Part shown: positions 9,938 through 21,192 of the stretch, one piece after another
Numbering within the stretch: position 1 is the first letter of the stretch
Layout of the letters: each line of letters starts with the position of its first letter
Source: an uncultured Planctomycetota bacterium
GTDB lineage: Bacteria; Planctomycetota; Planctomycetia; Isosphaerales; Isosphaeraceae
Assembly (NCBI GenBank): GCA_963845755.1
Contig: CAWJTV010000028.1
Location: forward strand, 96,001-160,000
DNA: 64,000 nt
Direction: 5' to 3'
The notes under the pieces: model-generated
What the model saw: only the letters and a program-made list of their open reading frames with translations
The model's database searches: none
Told to the model about the DNA's origin: nothing
Made by a program: the position numbers and the translations under genes

Positions 9938-12853
9938 ATGCGTGGTCGGTTGATGATTGTCTTCCTTGCGCTCGCGGCCATGGTGGCGGCGTGGCTCGGG
10001 GCTCGCGCGCTGGGAGCACGGCAGTTCGGGGGTGAACTGCGCCTCGCTCGAGGTGAATTCGCAGCGCGGCGGTTTGCCAAGGCGCGTGAGCGGTTAGCGC
10101 GGCTCGCCCAGCGCTGGCCGGGTCAGGGTGAAGTCGAGTATCTGCTCGGGAGTTGTGAGAAGGTTCGGGGCCATCTCGACGCCGCGATGGCGGCGTGGGA
10201 TCGGGTACCCGAGAACGCCAACGAAGCACCCCTGGCGGCTCTCTCGCAAGGCCGGCTCGCGCTGGAGCTGGGTCGCTATCGGTTCGCCGAGGACCGTTTG
10301 ACCCGCGCCAGCCGTGCGGAAGCCGAGGTCGCCGACGAGGCGTGGCGGCTTCTCGAATGGCTGTACTGGATGACCGGTCGGCGCGACGAGAATCGCGAAA
10401 TCCTTGATCGGAGGGTCGAGCGGACAGAGGACCCGTCGAAGACGCTCCGCGTCCTGTGGAGCGAGTACCAGGACCCCTATCCGGTCGATGGCATCGCGTA
10501 CGCACTGGCCAAGGCCAACAAGTCCGCTCCGGACGACGATCGCGTCTGGCTGGGACTGGCCGATTTGGCAACTCGCAGCGGGCGGTTCGACGAGGCCGAC
10601 AACTGGCTGACTCAGTGCCAGCGGGCCCATCCCGATGATCCGGTGGTCTGGCATGCTCGGCTCCTGTGGGCCAAGGCCGCTGGCCAGCCCGAGGAACTCG
10701 TCCGAGCGGCGACCCACTTGCCCGCTTCGCGGGTGTCCCAGTCCACGATGCTGGGTCTCCGCGCCTGGCTGGCCGCGCGGAACGGCGACAGCCGGGCGGA
10801 GCGATCGGCCCTCGAGGCACTCATCGGCCTCCAGCCTGGAGATGATGCGGCTCTGGAGCGACTTGCCGACCTCGCCGCACAGACCGGCGAGCTCGATCGG
10901 GTCGCCGAGCTGAGACGCCGCAAGGCGGCGATCGACAGGGCCCGCGATCACTACCGGGCCCTGATCAACCTGCCCGACATGGCGCCCCACGCGGCCGAGT
11001 TCGCCTGCGTCGCGGAGGCGATCGGCTGGTGGTTTGAAGCCAAAGCCTGGTGGGCCCTTGCGGCCCGGCGCGACCGAGCCCTCGCCCGTGAGGCGTCCGC
11101 CTCGATCGCCCGCTTGACCCGGGCCGAGCCGGCCTCCGCGCCCGACGGCCAAACGCTGGCCGACCTCCTCGGTCCGAGCCGTCCGAGGACGTCCGACCTG
11201 GTCCCGGCCCCGCCCGGCCTGAGGATCCCCACGTTCGTGGACGACGCCGAGCACCGGGGTCTGACGTTTACTTTCAACAACGGCCGCTCGGAGCTTTTCC
11301 AGCTCCCCGAGACCATGAGCGGAGGCGTGGCGCTCTTGGATTTCGACGGGGATGGACGACTCGATGTCTATGTTGTCCAAGGAGGACCGTTCCCTCCACC
11401 CACGGATCACCCTCCCTTCGGGGACCGCCTCTTTCGCAACTGCGACGACGGCCGGTTCGTGGACGTGACCGACGCATCGGGACTGGCCGGGCTGCCCGGC
11501 GGCTACGGCCACGGCGTGGCTGTGGGAGACTGCGACAACGATGGCCGCCCGGACCTCTTCGTGACCCGATTTGGCTCCTATGCCCTCTATCACAATCTCG
11601 GCCAGGGTCGGTTCGAGGACGCCACCTCTCGGGCAGGGCTGGGCGGCGACCGCGACTGGCCGACCTCGGCGGCCTGGGCCGACTTCGACAACGATGGCGA
11701 TCTCGACCTCTACGTCTGCCACTACCTGAAATGGCACGCCCAAGAGCCAGCCGTTTGTGACTATGCGGAGCATTCCAAACCGGGGCATATGTATTGCGAC
11801 CCGCGCCAATTCCCTGCGGTGCCAGACCACATCTTCCGCAATGATGGTGGCCGGTTCATCGATGTGACCAAAGAGGCGGGCATCGGCGACCGCCAGGGGC
11901 GCGGCTTGGGGGTCGTCGCGGCCGATCTCGACGGCGACGGCAAGACCGACGTGTTCGTAGCCAACGATACGACGGCCAATTACTTCTTTCGCAACCGCGG
12001 CGGCTTCCGCTTTTCGGAAGAAGGCGTCGAGTCGGGCCTTACTTCCAGCGCGGAGGGGGGCGATCTGGCGGGAATGGGGATCGCCTGCGGTGACTTCGAT
12101 GGCGACAGCCGCCTCGACCTGGCCGTCACCAATTTCTTCAACCAATCGACCACCCTCTATCACAATCACGGGGGTGGGATCTTCAGCGACCGGTCCACCG
12201 TCACAAGACTCGCCGCGTTGACTCGGCAAGTCCTCGGCTTTGGGCTCGCCGCGCTGGACGCCAACAATGACGGCTGGCTCGACCTGGTCCAGGCCAACGG
12301 CCATGTCACCGATTACCGTCCCACGATCCCGCGCGAGATGAAAGCCCAGCTCCTCCTCGCCGACGGCGCGGGGCGGTTCGTCGATGTCTCCGACCGCGCC
12401 GGACCGCCCTGGCAGGTCCTCCGGATCGGGCGCGGACTGGCCGTTGGCGATCTGGACAACGACGGTCTCACCGACGTATTGCTCGTCAGTCAGAACGGTC
12501 CGCTGGCAGTACTCCATAATCGATCCCAAGTTCGAGGCCATTTTCTGACCCTGACGCTGGAGGGAACCGCCTCGAATCGAGACGCCGTCGCCGCGCGGGT
12601 GGCCGTCACCGCCTCGGGTCGGACTCAGGTTGCGGCCCGCTTCGGCGGCGGCAGCTATCTGTCGGCCTCGGATCCCCGTCTCCACTTCGGGCTCGGCCCT
12701 GCGGAAGTCGTCGATCGCGTCGAAGTCACCTGGCCGTCGGGACGGCGGGACTGCTATCAGAGCCTAGCAGCCGATACGGGCTACCGGTTCCGCGAAGGAG
12801 AGGCGGCCCCGACTCGCCTCCGTGGTTTCGGGGCCAGCGCGACCGATCAGTGA
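9938..12853 (+). CDS. TPR + FG-GAP/ASPIC-UnbV (CRTAC1-like) protein
   Basis: N-terminal anchor, helical TPR-like region, ETMSGGVALLDFDGDGRLD, several DxDxDG repeats, GGGSYLSASDPRLHFGLG, VTWPSG. Confidence 0.92.
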   Translation: MRGRLMIVFLALAAMVAAWLGARALGARQFGGELRLARGEFAARRFAKARERLARLAQRWPGQGEVEYLLGSCEKVRGHLDAAMAAWDRVPENANEAPLAALSQGRLALELGRYRFAEDRLTRASRAEAEVADEAWRLLEWLYWMTGRRDENREILDRRVERTEDPSKTLRVLWSEYQDPYPVDGIAYALAKANKSAPDDDRVWLGLADLATRSGRFDEADNWLTQCQRAHPDDPVVWHARLLWAKAAGQPEELVRAATHLPASRVSQSTMLGLRAWLAARNGDSRAERSALEALIGLQPGDDAALERLADLAAQTGELDRVAELRRRKAAIDRARDHYRALINLPDMAPHAAEFACVAEAIGWWFEAKAWWALAARRDRALAREASASIARLTRAEPASAPDGQTLADLLGPSRPRTSDLVPAPPGLRIPTFVDDAEHRGLTFTFNNGRSELFQLPETMSGGVALLDFDGDGRLDVYVVQGGPFPPPTDHPPFGDRLFRNCDDGRFVDVTDASGLAGLPGGYGHGVAVGDCDNDGRPDLFVTRFGSYALYHNLGQGRFEDATSRAGLGGDRDWPTSAAWADFDNDGDLDLYVCHYLKWHAQEPAVCDYAEHSKPGHMYCDPRQFPAVPDHIFRNDGGRFIDVTKEAGIGDRQGRGLGVVAADLDGDGKTDVFVANDTTANYFFRNRGGFRFSEEGVESGLTSSAEGGDLAGMGIACGDFDGDSRLDLAVTNFFNQSTTLYHNHGGGIFSDRSTVTRLAALTRQVLGFGLAALDANNDGWLDLVQANGHVTDYRPTIPREMKAQLLLADGAGRFVDVSDRAGPPWQVLRIGRGLAVGDLDNDGLTDVLLVSQNGPLAVLHNRSQVRGHFLTLTLEGTASNRDAVAARVAVTASGRTQVAARFGGGSYLSASDPRLHFGLGPAEVVDRVEVTWPSGRRDCYQSLAADTGYRFREGEAAPTRLRGFGASATDQ

Positions 12854-13114
12854 CGAGTGACTTCATTACGATCACTCGTTGATTCGAAGCGATGCGTGCC
12901 GGCACGGCCCTTGTGCCCGAAGGAGGTGGAGATCCGGGCCGGCAGATCAAATCATGGAGGTCCCCGTAGACGGGGCTGATTCCTTTTTGTACAGTAGAGG
13001 GATGTGACTCACCCTGGTTTGATCCTCTTCGCTGAGGAGCCGTACGTGGCCAGGATCGGATCGGCCCCTTTCCACCACCCCTTGTTGGTTTTAGTCGCAC
13101 CCGTTTGAACGCCG

Positions 13115-15094
13115 ATGATCAGTCGTACCGCTGTCGTCACGAAAGCCGAAACGGTCGGCCAGCCGACTCCCGACCGGGCAAACGGGTTCGGTTCCGTCTC
13201 GCTCTTGCTCCTGTCGGCCTGGTCCGGCCTGGTCGGCGGCTCGCTGGAAGTGGCCACGATCGTGGTTCGCCATGAGTTCTTTGATCCGGATCAAATCTGG
13301 AGGATCAGCCGACACGTCTTCTGGCTGATCCCTCTTTCGAACCTCGCGGTCTTGCTAACGCTGGGATTGCTCGGTTGCGGAGTGATCCCGGTCTGGCCGC
13401 ACCGTGGTCGATGGGTGTTGACGCGGGTGTTGGTCGCGCTTCTGTTTCTGCCCTCGTTTCTGGTGGCCTTTCCCAGGATCTATACTCTGGCGTGGTTCGT
13501 GGTGACCCTGGGGATGGCCACGCGGCTCGTTCCGCTTCTCGAACGTGCGAGTCGAGGATTTCGGCGATTCGTCCTGGTCAGTTTGCCGATGGCCGTCGGG
13601 ATTGTGGCGATTCTGGGGGCATCGCTATGGGTCGGCGACCTGAAGAAGCAACGGCGCGAGAATGAGCGATCCTTACCGCCGCCGGGGACGCCGAACGTCC
13701 TGTTGATCGTGATGGACACCGTCACCGCGGGCCACCTGGGGCTGTATGGCTACGACCGGGCGACCAGCACAACCTTGGCCGAGCTCGCCGAGCGCGGCAT
13801 CCTCTTCGATTCGGCCCGGGCGGCCTCGTCATGGACGCTGCCATCTCATGCGACCATGTTTACAGGACGATGGTTGCACGAGCTCTCCGTCGGCTGGATG
13901 ACGCCGCTTGACGAGACTCATCCGACGCTGGCAGAGTCCCTCGGCGACCGGGGGTACGCGACGGCTGGGTTCGTCGCCAATACGGCGTATTGTGCTGCCG
14001 GTACGGGGCTGGGCCGCGGCTTCACGCGATACCAGGATTTCATCTTTCCCGAGCTCACCACGCTCAAGACGGCGGCACTGGCAAGCCGGGTACTGGAAGG
14101 CCTGCGCATGACCGTCTATTATGCGGAAGATTGGCTGAAATCCGCCGGGCTCCTCCCCTATGTGGACCGCCTCGTGCGGGCGCTGGACGCCGATCGCAAG
14201 GGGGCGGCGGTGGTCAATCGCGAGCTTCTGGACTGGCTCTCACACCGCACGCAGCCGGAGCGGCCTTTTTTCGCTTTCTTGAACTACAATGATGCTCATT
14301 ATCCCTACGAATTGCCGCCGGGAAGGCCCCATCGTTTCGGGGCCGAGCCGACCGATGATTATCAGCGCCTCCTGATCGGACATTGGGGGGACCTCGACAA
14401 GACGACAGTCTCACCTGCGGGTGTCACATTTGCCTCCGCCGCTTATGACGATTGCATCGCAGACCTTGATGAGCAGCTCGGGAAGCTGATCGACCAATTG
14501 AACCAACGCGGGGACCTGGAGCGGACGTGGCTGATTGTCACCTCAGACCATGGCGAGGGCTTCGGTGAGCACCCTGGCTATTTCTGCCACGGCATAAGTC
14601 TGTATGATACCGAGCTGCACGTTCCGCTACTGATCATTCCGCCGGGGGGCAGCGCGACGAAGCAGTCCGTCAAAGAGGCGGTCAGTCTGCGCGACCTGGC
14701 GGCGACGATTGTCAACGTGGCCGGTCAGGAGGGAGGCGCGCCATTTCCCGGGGTTTCTCTGGCACGGTTCTGGAAGAGGCCCGGGCCGGTGGCGATGGTC
14801 CAGCCGCCATCGGCGTCACCCTCGCTCGCCGAGTTGGTCCGGGACCCGCACCAGCGCGATCAGGGGGGCTTGCCCAGGCCACTCCTTCCGCAGGCAGCCG
14901 TCAAGAACTCAGAGTGGTCCTATATCCGTCGAGAGGGCGATGACCGCGAGAAGTTGTTCTATTTGCGCGAAGACGCGAAAGAGCAGCACAACCTGGCCGA
15001 CGATCCGTCGGCACAAACAATGCTCCGACGAATGCGAGCCGAGCTGGAGCGTCTCACCGGCGGGCCGCTGGTGCCGGGGCGCTTCAGTAAATGA
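13115..15094 (+). CDS. Membrane-anchored sulfatase-like (AlkP superfamily) hydrolase/transferase #1
   Basis: About 5 N-terminal TMs, PNVLLIVMDT, WTLPSH, DAHYPY, SDHGE, HVPL. Confidence 0.9.
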   Translation: MISRTAVVTKAETVGQPTPDRANGFGSVSLLLLSAWSGLVGGSLEVATIVVRHEFFDPDQIWRISRHVFWLIPLSNLAVLLTLGLLGCGVIPVWPHRGRWVLTRVLVALLFLPSFLVAFPRIYTLAWFVVTLGMATRLVPLLERASRGFRRFVLVSLPMAVGIVAILGASLWVGDLKKQRRENERSLPPPGTPNVLLIVMDTVTAGHLGLYGYDRATSTTLAELAERGILFDSARAASSWTLPSHATMFTGRWLHELSVGWMTPLDETHPTLAESLGDRGYATAGFVANTAYCAAGTGLGRGFTRYQDFIFPELTTLKTAALASRVLEGLRMTVYYAEDWLKSAGLLPYVDRLVRALDADRKGAAVVNRELLDWLSHRTQPERPFFAFLNYNDAHYPYELPPGRPHRFGAEPTDDYQRLLIGHWGDLDKTTVSPAGVTFASAAYDDCIADLDEQLGKLIDQLNQRGDLERTWLIVTSDHGEGFGEHPGYFCHGISLYDTELHVPLLIIPPGGSATKQSVKEAVSLRDLAATIVNVAGQEGGAPFPGVSLARFWKRPGPVAMVQPPSASPSLAELVRDPHQRDQGGLPRPLLPQAAVKNSEWSYIRREGDDREKLFYLREDAKEQHNLADDPSAQTMLRRMRAELERLTGGPLVPGRFSK

Positions 15095-15170
15095 TGCCGT
15101 TGGCCTCGCCCCGTCGGGGTTGCCGAATGCCGATGTGTGGGCTAACGCGGCCTTGCCGCAACCAAAAAGG

Positions 15171-15256
15171 GATTCCCGATTCGAGATTCCCGATTCAAGA
15201 AACCGGAAGCGTCTCCATCCTGAATGGGGAATGTGGAATCTTGAATGGGGAGTCGA
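15171..15256. repeat. Imperfect inverted repeat built of 7-bp units between convergent genes
   Basis: GATTCCC-GATTCGA-GATTCCC-GATTCAA ... GAATGGG-GAATGTG-GAATCTT-GAATGGG-GAGTCGA. Confidence 0.7.
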
Positions 15257-15287
15257 GTCCTTCCCAAACGCGCAAAACGCAGGGGCC

Positions 15288-16567
15288 CTACGGCGGAAGA
15301 CTCGATGTCGCCGGGGTTGCGCTCAACTGCCGGAGGCGCTGGCGGAGACCAGCGCGGCCAGGGTCTTCCGAGATCGCAATGGTCAGAAAGACTCGGGATT
15401 CGAACCGTCGACCGAGCACCTCGGCCAGCCGGGCGAGCTCCTCGGCGTCGCGGATGGGCTGATTCCGATCGTGGCGCTTCAGGTATCGCGCGAGCAGCCG
15501 GGCGATTTCCGTCTCGCGCGCATTAGTTCTGCGGCTTTAGCGGGCTGATGTTCCTTTTCCGCGAGGTCGGCCAACCGGGTCAGGGCCGTCACGTCGGCGG
15601 GGTTGGCTGTGAGCAACAGTTCCAGCTCGCGGCGTTCGGCGGCAAGATCGCCGCGCTGGGCGGCCAGCCAGGCATTGGTCCGATGGAGCCAACCGGCGAT
15701 CCGCTCGTTGGCGGGCCGGTGGTTCATGGCCAGAGTGACCACGTCGATCCGCCTGGTCGCGATGCCGAAGCGCAGGCAGGCTCGCCAGACCGGAACGTCA
15801 TCAGGCCGGCCGTTCCGGCACGCGTCCAGCCATCGTTGGGCCTCGTCGTAGGCCCCGGTGCGGATCGCCAGGTTGGCTCGCCCCAGCCAGACCCGATCGT
15901 CGTCGGGGGCAAGCTGCGCGGCGCGCTCGAGCGCGGCGCGGCTGGTCTCGACCGGAGTGGGCTTCAAAGTCAGCTCGATGTGCGCGCGGACCAGCTTGCT
16001 GGCCGACTCGAACGGATCGATTGCTGATGCGTTCAAATGTTCCCACCGATCCTCGATCAACCGCTCGGCTTCCTCGAGGCGCCCCTGGTCGCTATAGAGC
16101 GGTACGAGCAACAAGAGCAAGGCCGTTCCGTCGTTGCGAGGGTCCTGGGCGGCTTCGTTCGCGAGTCGCTCGGCGGCGGCGTATTGCCCGGCCTCTTCGA
16201 GCAGATGGATCCGGCCCTCGATGGCTTTTTGCCCGAACGCGCACCCCGGGACGACGCGTGCCCACGCTCGACCGGCCGCCTGGTTTCGCCCCCGGGCCAG
16301 CTCGCAGGACCCTAGAAGGTAAAGGGCCCTCCCGTTCGAGTCCGACGTCCACGACAAAAGTGCCTCGAGGTCACGGCAGGCGATGGAGAATCGACCGGAG
16401 ACGATTTCCGCTTCGATCTCGTCCATCGCGCTGCGATAGCGCCAATAGCTCCACCCGGCCCAGCCGGCCGCGACGAGCCCCGTTCCCAGGAGAAAGGCGA
16501 TCAGCAGCCTCCATCGTTGCCGGCTCCGGGCCATGGGGGCGCCGTTTGCCGCGTTGGTCACTGACAT
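15288..16567 (-). CDS. Membrane-anchored TPR protein (frameshift ~15515)
   Basis: ORF 15479..16609 plus C-terminal frame EIARLLARYLKRHDRNQPIRDAEELARLAE...SSLPP*; carries the PDDDRVWLG motif. Confidence 0.8.
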
Positions 16568-16574
16568 TGACAGC

Positions 16575-18608
16575 TCACTCCGACAGTTCCCTGGTGGGTT
16601 CGACTTCAAGTGTTGAACTTAAGATGCGGTGGCCCTGAGTGGGAGATCCATTCTTCTGGAGAGCAATTCCGCGCGGACGACTGAGATTCGTGACGGTCGG
16701 AGGGTGGGCTTTCGCCAGTTGGAGCCGGTCGCGAAAACGTCGCAGGACCGGAAGCATGGCCTCGGCGCGAGCACGATTGCTGAGCTCATATGGGTCATCG
16801 CGCTCATTAAACAACTCCTCACTCCCGTCACCTTCGTTGCGGACGTACACAAAATCCCCCTCTGCCAGGGAAATGAGCGGGCCGCGATAGGCCGGAGATC
16901 GACCTTGATTGGGATCGGTCGGATTGGGCGACGTGAGCTCGGAAAGGACCATGGAGTCGGCGGCGGGACCGGACGGTTTCCCCGAGAGCTCGCTAAAGGA
17001 CCACGTCAGCGGCCGGCCCGGGAACGGTGACCTCGTCCCGGGACGAACGACATCCACGATAGTCGCCGGGAGGTCGCGGAGGCTGACGAAATCGTCCACA
17101 ATCGCACGGAATTGGCCCCGCCCACCAGGCGGGACGAGCAACAGAGGCACCCGGACCTCCGTGCGGTAGAGGCTCTCGCCATGATCGAACAGCTCGTGCT
17201 CCCCCAGCCCCTCGCCGTGATCGGCCGCCACGATGATGAAGGTCTTATCGAGGATCCCGCGACGCTGCAATTCGCCGATCAATTGGCCCAGGCATTCATC
17301 GACATAAGCCAGGCAGTTATCGTAAGAGTCGCGCACCAAGGCTCGCGCCCGTTGGGAGATGTGCCGCTTGTCAACCCGCGACCAACCGTCCAGCAAGAAC
17401 AGGAAATCGGCTTGCGTCTCCGGGACTTCCCCGAAGCGGTATTCCGCACCCGCGGGCAGGACGTAGGGGGCATGAGCGTCTGCATAGTTCAGAAATGCAA
17501 AGAAGGGTCGGCGCGGCTCGCGACGCCGCGATAACCATTCGAGGAATTCACGATTGACATCGCCCGCGCCCTTGCGGTCGGCGTGGGTGATCTGACGCAA
17601 CCGCAGGTCGCCGATCGACAAAAACCTGCCGAGCGGGCCGACCCGCTTCAACGCTTGGTCGATCAGGGACACCGTCCGAACCGCGCCGAGCATGTCGAGG
17701 ACGTAATCCTGATAATGTGTAAAGCCACGGCTCAGACCACTGTCGTAGGAACAATAGAAGGTGTTGCCGACAAAACCCGCTGTTGCATAACCGATCGAAC
17801 CGAGGAATTCGGCCAGAGTCGGCACGTCGCCACGCAGGGGACGCATCCAGCCGATGTTGATCTCGTGTGGCCATCGACCTGTGAACATGCTCGCGTGTGA
17901 GGCCAGGGTCCAGGGCGCCGCCGTACGTGCCTGGTCAAAACGGATGCCGAGGGCTGCCACCCTCTGGAGGTTGGGACTGGTCGGACGTCCATATCCATAG
18001 AGGCTGAGGTGATCCGCGCGCACCGTGTCGAGAACGACGAGCAGGACGTTGGGTGCATCGGCGGGTGGCAAGGGCCGGCCGTCTTCCTGCCACTGCTTCA
18101 GCCGGTCACCGCCGAAGATCCAGGACGCCTGCAGAAGCACCATGCCTAGAAGGATCGGAATCACAAAAGCAAACACGCGCCGCATCCCCGCCGCATGCCG
18201 CTCGATCACGGGGCCGAACCAGACTCCGATCCCGATGGCGAGGATTAACCAGGCTTCGACATGAACCTGGCGCCCCACCTCCACGAGTATGGGAAGGATG
18301 GCCCAGGCGACGATGAGGCGCGGACTCAGCCACCCGACCCGGCGAGGCCAGGAGCGCGTACCCAATGCCAGGAACGCCCCAAGTCCAAGGAATAGCAGAA
18401 GATCGACCAGCGGGACCAACCAGACGAAGTGGCGCGTCATCATCAGAAGCCGGTTAGTCGAACTCACGGTACTATACAGGACCCTGGCGACCACCTCGCC
18501 TTCCCCGGAAATCAGGGCGCATCCTGCCGACAGCACCAGCACGTCGAGCGGGCCAAGCCGGGAGGCATCGGCGGTCGATCGCGACATGCCGTGAGAGGCG
18601 GACTTCAT
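16575..18608 (-). CDS. Membrane-anchored sulfatase-like (AlkP superfamily) hydrolase/transferase #2
   Basis: TMs, PNVLLVVLDTVRAD, WTLASH, DAHAPY, ADHGE; start may instead be 18587. Confidence 0.9.
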   Translation of the reverse strand: MKSASHGMSRSTADASRLGPLDVLVLSAGCALISGEGEVVARVLYSTVSSTNRLLMMTRHFVWLVPLVDLLLFLGLGAFLALGTRSWPRRVGWLSPRLIVAWAILPILVEVGRQVHVEAWLILAIGIGVWFGPVIERHAAGMRRVFAFVIPILLGMVLLQASWIFGGDRLKQWQEDGRPLPPADAPNVLLVVLDTVRADHLSLYGYGRPTSPNLQRVAALGIRFDQARTAAPWTLASHASMFTGRWPHEINIGWMRPLRGDVPTLAEFLGSIGYATAGFVGNTFYCSYDSGLSRGFTHYQDYVLDMLGAVRTVSLIDQALKRVGPLGRFLSIGDLRLRQITHADRKGAGDVNREFLEWLSRRREPRRPFFAFLNYADAHAPYVLPAGAEYRFGEVPETQADFLFLLDGWSRVDKRHISQRARALVRDSYDNCLAYVDECLGQLIGELQRRGILDKTFIIVAADHGEGLGEHELFDHGESLYRTEVRVPLLLVPPGGRGQFRAIVDDFVSLRDLPATIVDVVRPGTRSPFPGRPLTWSFSELSGKPSGPAADSMVLSELTSPNPTDPNQGRSPAYRGPLISLAEGDFVYVRNEGDGSEELFNERDDPYELSNRARAEAMLPVLRRFRDRLQLAKAHPPTVTNLSRPRGIALQKNGSPTQGHRILSSTLEVEPTRELSE

Positions 18609-19653
18609 AGACAGTAGTCCACTCGCCGTGGCTTTTCTGAAGAGACCCATCGAGTCCAGACAATCCTTTACAAATCGTGGAGGACTTCGCCGCGACGTTT
18701 TGCCCCCAAGCCACCGACATGGGCACAATCCGTATCGCAGCCTGTCTATCCTCATTCACGTCATGAATCGATTGCCGGTAACGGTCCAGTCTCGGGTTGG
18801 CCGCGACACGAAACCGGCCAAACCGAAGCTATCACGAATAGAAAAAGGCAGCAAGACATTTTATCAACCTGCTTGTTAGCAATTTGTCATATGCACAATT
18901 GGGGTTTTGCCTCGAAGTCGGCCCGATTTCGCCGGATTTTCCGGGAATCGGGTCCAACTCGATCGGTGTGAAGCTCGACTTTCACCCCAGGATGGAGGTC
19001 CCCGTTTCCGTCCATCTCATGGGGAAGGCTCCGTGTACTCGAGAGATCCGGCGAACGGAATGAGGAACTCGAGCTGAAGCGAAGGCACGATCGGTTTCAA
19101 ACACTCGCAATCTTGGATTGAAAGAGGGATCGTCGGCATCGCCTCGGGAGACTCGATAGATCCCCCACATATTCATCCGCATCCAAATTAGTCGGAACGA
19201 ATTTTGCTTGGTAAGTCGTTGAATGCTTGTCAGGACAGGGTCGCTCCCGTTAACATAAGGATTGTACGAGGGAATTCGGAGTGAGTCGTGATGTCACCAA
19301 ACGCCCGCTTGCGAGAGTTTTGGCAGGTGACATGACCTCGGCGTCAAAGAAAGAGCTGAATCAAGGTTTCTGCTCAAGTGAGCGACCGCGCCAAGGTCTC
19401 ATGGCTTTGCGGAGGGTTCGGGGCGCATACAACGACCAACAACCGTGACCGTAATCTCAGCGATTCGGCTCGGAATCCGAGAACCAGGGCTTCGTTGTGA
19501 CGCTCTCTTAACGATAGGAACCTCGCTGGCACTCGCACGAAGTCCACCCTCGGCACGCCCGTTGGAGCGGCGGCGGCTTTCCCTAAGCCGGTTGGTAACC
19601 TGCCTGTTTTTGCTCCAACGTTGTCCCACTCTCCAAAAGAAAGGATCGATCGC

Positions 19654-19872
19654 ATGCCGCGATTTGAGCGCGCGAGCCGGTTGGCCCTGGCTCTGACTCT
19701 GTTCGGATTGCTCCCTTTGTCGAGCGGGTGCAGTGGTGAAGGCGAGGCGCCAACTCCGCAGCAGACCCAGCAGATACAGAAAGACGAGTCGGACGCCCGC
19801 AAGAAGGCCTACGGAGGGAACACCGGCGTCCCCGTTGGCAAGAAAGCCATGGAGAATGCTTCGAAGCAGTGA
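19654..19872 (+). CDS. Small lipoprotein preceding a DUF1559 gene
   Basis: MPRFERASRLALALTLFGLLPLSSG-C; AAAGGA RBS; mature part resembles that of 7995..8213 (ARKKAYGG vs ARENAFGK). Confidence 0.75.
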   Translation: MPRFERASRLALALTLFGLLPLSSGCSGEGEAPTPQQTQQIQKDESDARKKAYGGNTGVPVGKKAMENASKQ

Positions 19873-20031
19873 TTCCCCAATTGGATCAATCGGGCTGTCC
19901 GCATCAGGAGGACCGCCAGAGGGCCTAGTATCTTGGTGTTGCCACCCGACTCCGTGTTTCGTGGTGTCGCCGTTTAGAACCCCTGTGTAGGGGACCGTCC
20001 TTTTTCCTTTCATTTTCGCAGGACATCGCTC

Positions 20032-21192
20032 ATGAGTTCCAGAACCAGAAGGTTTCGCGGGTTCACGCTGATCGAGTTGCTGGTTGTCATCGCCATCATC
20101 GCGGTGTTGATTGCCCTCCTCTTGCCCGCCGTCCAGGCCGCACGCGAGGCAGCCCGCCGCGCACAATGCAACAACAACCTCAAGCAGATCGGCCTGGGTC
20201 TGCACAATTATCATCAGACCAACAACGTTTTCCCGCCGGGCCATTCGGAATCATTCGCCTACTTCACTCATACCGCCTATGCCGGCTGGACCGAATGGAG
20301 TGCCCAGGCGATGATGCTCAGCTACATGGAGCAAACGCCGACGTACAACACGATCAATTTCGACTTCTGCGGCGGCTACGGCAATGCCGCACAGGTTAAC
20401 GGAACCGCCTGGAGCCAGATCATCCAGACGTTCCTCTGTCCCTCCGACACCAACGCCGCCTTTTCCGCTTCGCGGAGCGCTCTGGTCGGCACCAATCCCC
20501 CGAACACCAACAGCTACCGGGGCAGCGTGGGCACAACCACATCCCCTTACGGTTGGGGCACCGGGTATGGCGGTTGCACACCCGATCCTCTGAACATCCA
20601 GGGTGGTACCCCCAGTGGGTGCACGCCTTATTCCTCGGGAATGTTCGCTTACTGGATCAGCTACGGCATCCAGAGCTGCACCGACGGGACGTCCAATACC
20701 ATCATTTTTGCCGAGTCGCTGACGGGCAATTCGTCCGGGGCCACGATCAATCCGATGACGCAGCGAAACAACGCCGTCACGGGTGTCACCGCAGCGGCAG
20801 TCGCCGAGGCTGCGGATGCCAGCGCAATCCCGTACGCCACGGTTGTCCTCGCGATGCAGGCATGCAACAACGCGTATCGCACGAGCAGTTCCCCTCTGAC
20901 GGCTGTCACTGGCAATCGCTGGGGCTGGGGTGCCACGACGATGACACTGTTCCACACGATCGTCCCGCCGAGTTCGACGACGTACCTCTTCAACTCGTGC
21001 CGCGACCAGTGCAGCGGCTGCGGTCCGGACGACTCGATCTTCTCCAACGCCCAGAGCAACCACCCGGGCGGTTGCAACGTGCTGATGTCTGATGGAAGCT
21101 CTCGGTTCATCAAGAATACGATCAGTCCTCAGACCTGGATGGCACTGGGCACCAAGGCTAATGGCGAGACCATCAGCTCCGACTCCTATTGA
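20032..21192 (+). CDS. DUF1559 prepilin-type protein, paralog of 8651..9820
   Basis: [49 protein letters not shown]. Confidence 0.95.
   Translation: MSSRTRRFRGFTLIELLVVIAIIAVLIALLLPAVQAAREAARRAQCNNNLKQIGLGLHNYHQTNNVFPPGHSESFAYFTHTAYAGWTEWSAQAMMLSYMEQTPTYNTINFDFCGGYGNAAQVNGTAWSQIIQTFLCPSDTNAAFSASRSALVGTNPPNTNSYRGSVGTTTSPYGWGTGYGGCTPDPLNIQGGTPSGCTPYSSGMFAYWISYGIQSCTDGTSNTIIFAESLTGNSSGATINPMTQRNNAVTGVTAAAVAEAADASAIPYATVVLAMQACNNAYRTSSSPLTAVTGNRWGWGATTMTLFHTIVPPSSTTYLFNSCRDQCSGCGPDDSIFSNAQSNHPGGCNVLMSDGSSRFIKNTISPQTWMALGTKANGETISSDSY

Noticed and set aside
10094..12685. 863-aa minus-strand ORF
   Set aside because: Antisense shadow of the ASPIC/UnbV gene in GC-rich DNA; no recognisable motifs.
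12900..12914. Sigma54-like CGGCACGGCCCTTGT upstream of AlkP #1
   Set aside because: The -12 element is GT rather than GC and the site lies in a small palindrome; too weak to call.
15393..15408. GGTTCGAATCCCG on the minus strand, like a tRNA T-arm/att site
   Set aside because: Inside the TPR coding frame (RFESR); no cloverleaf or integrase.
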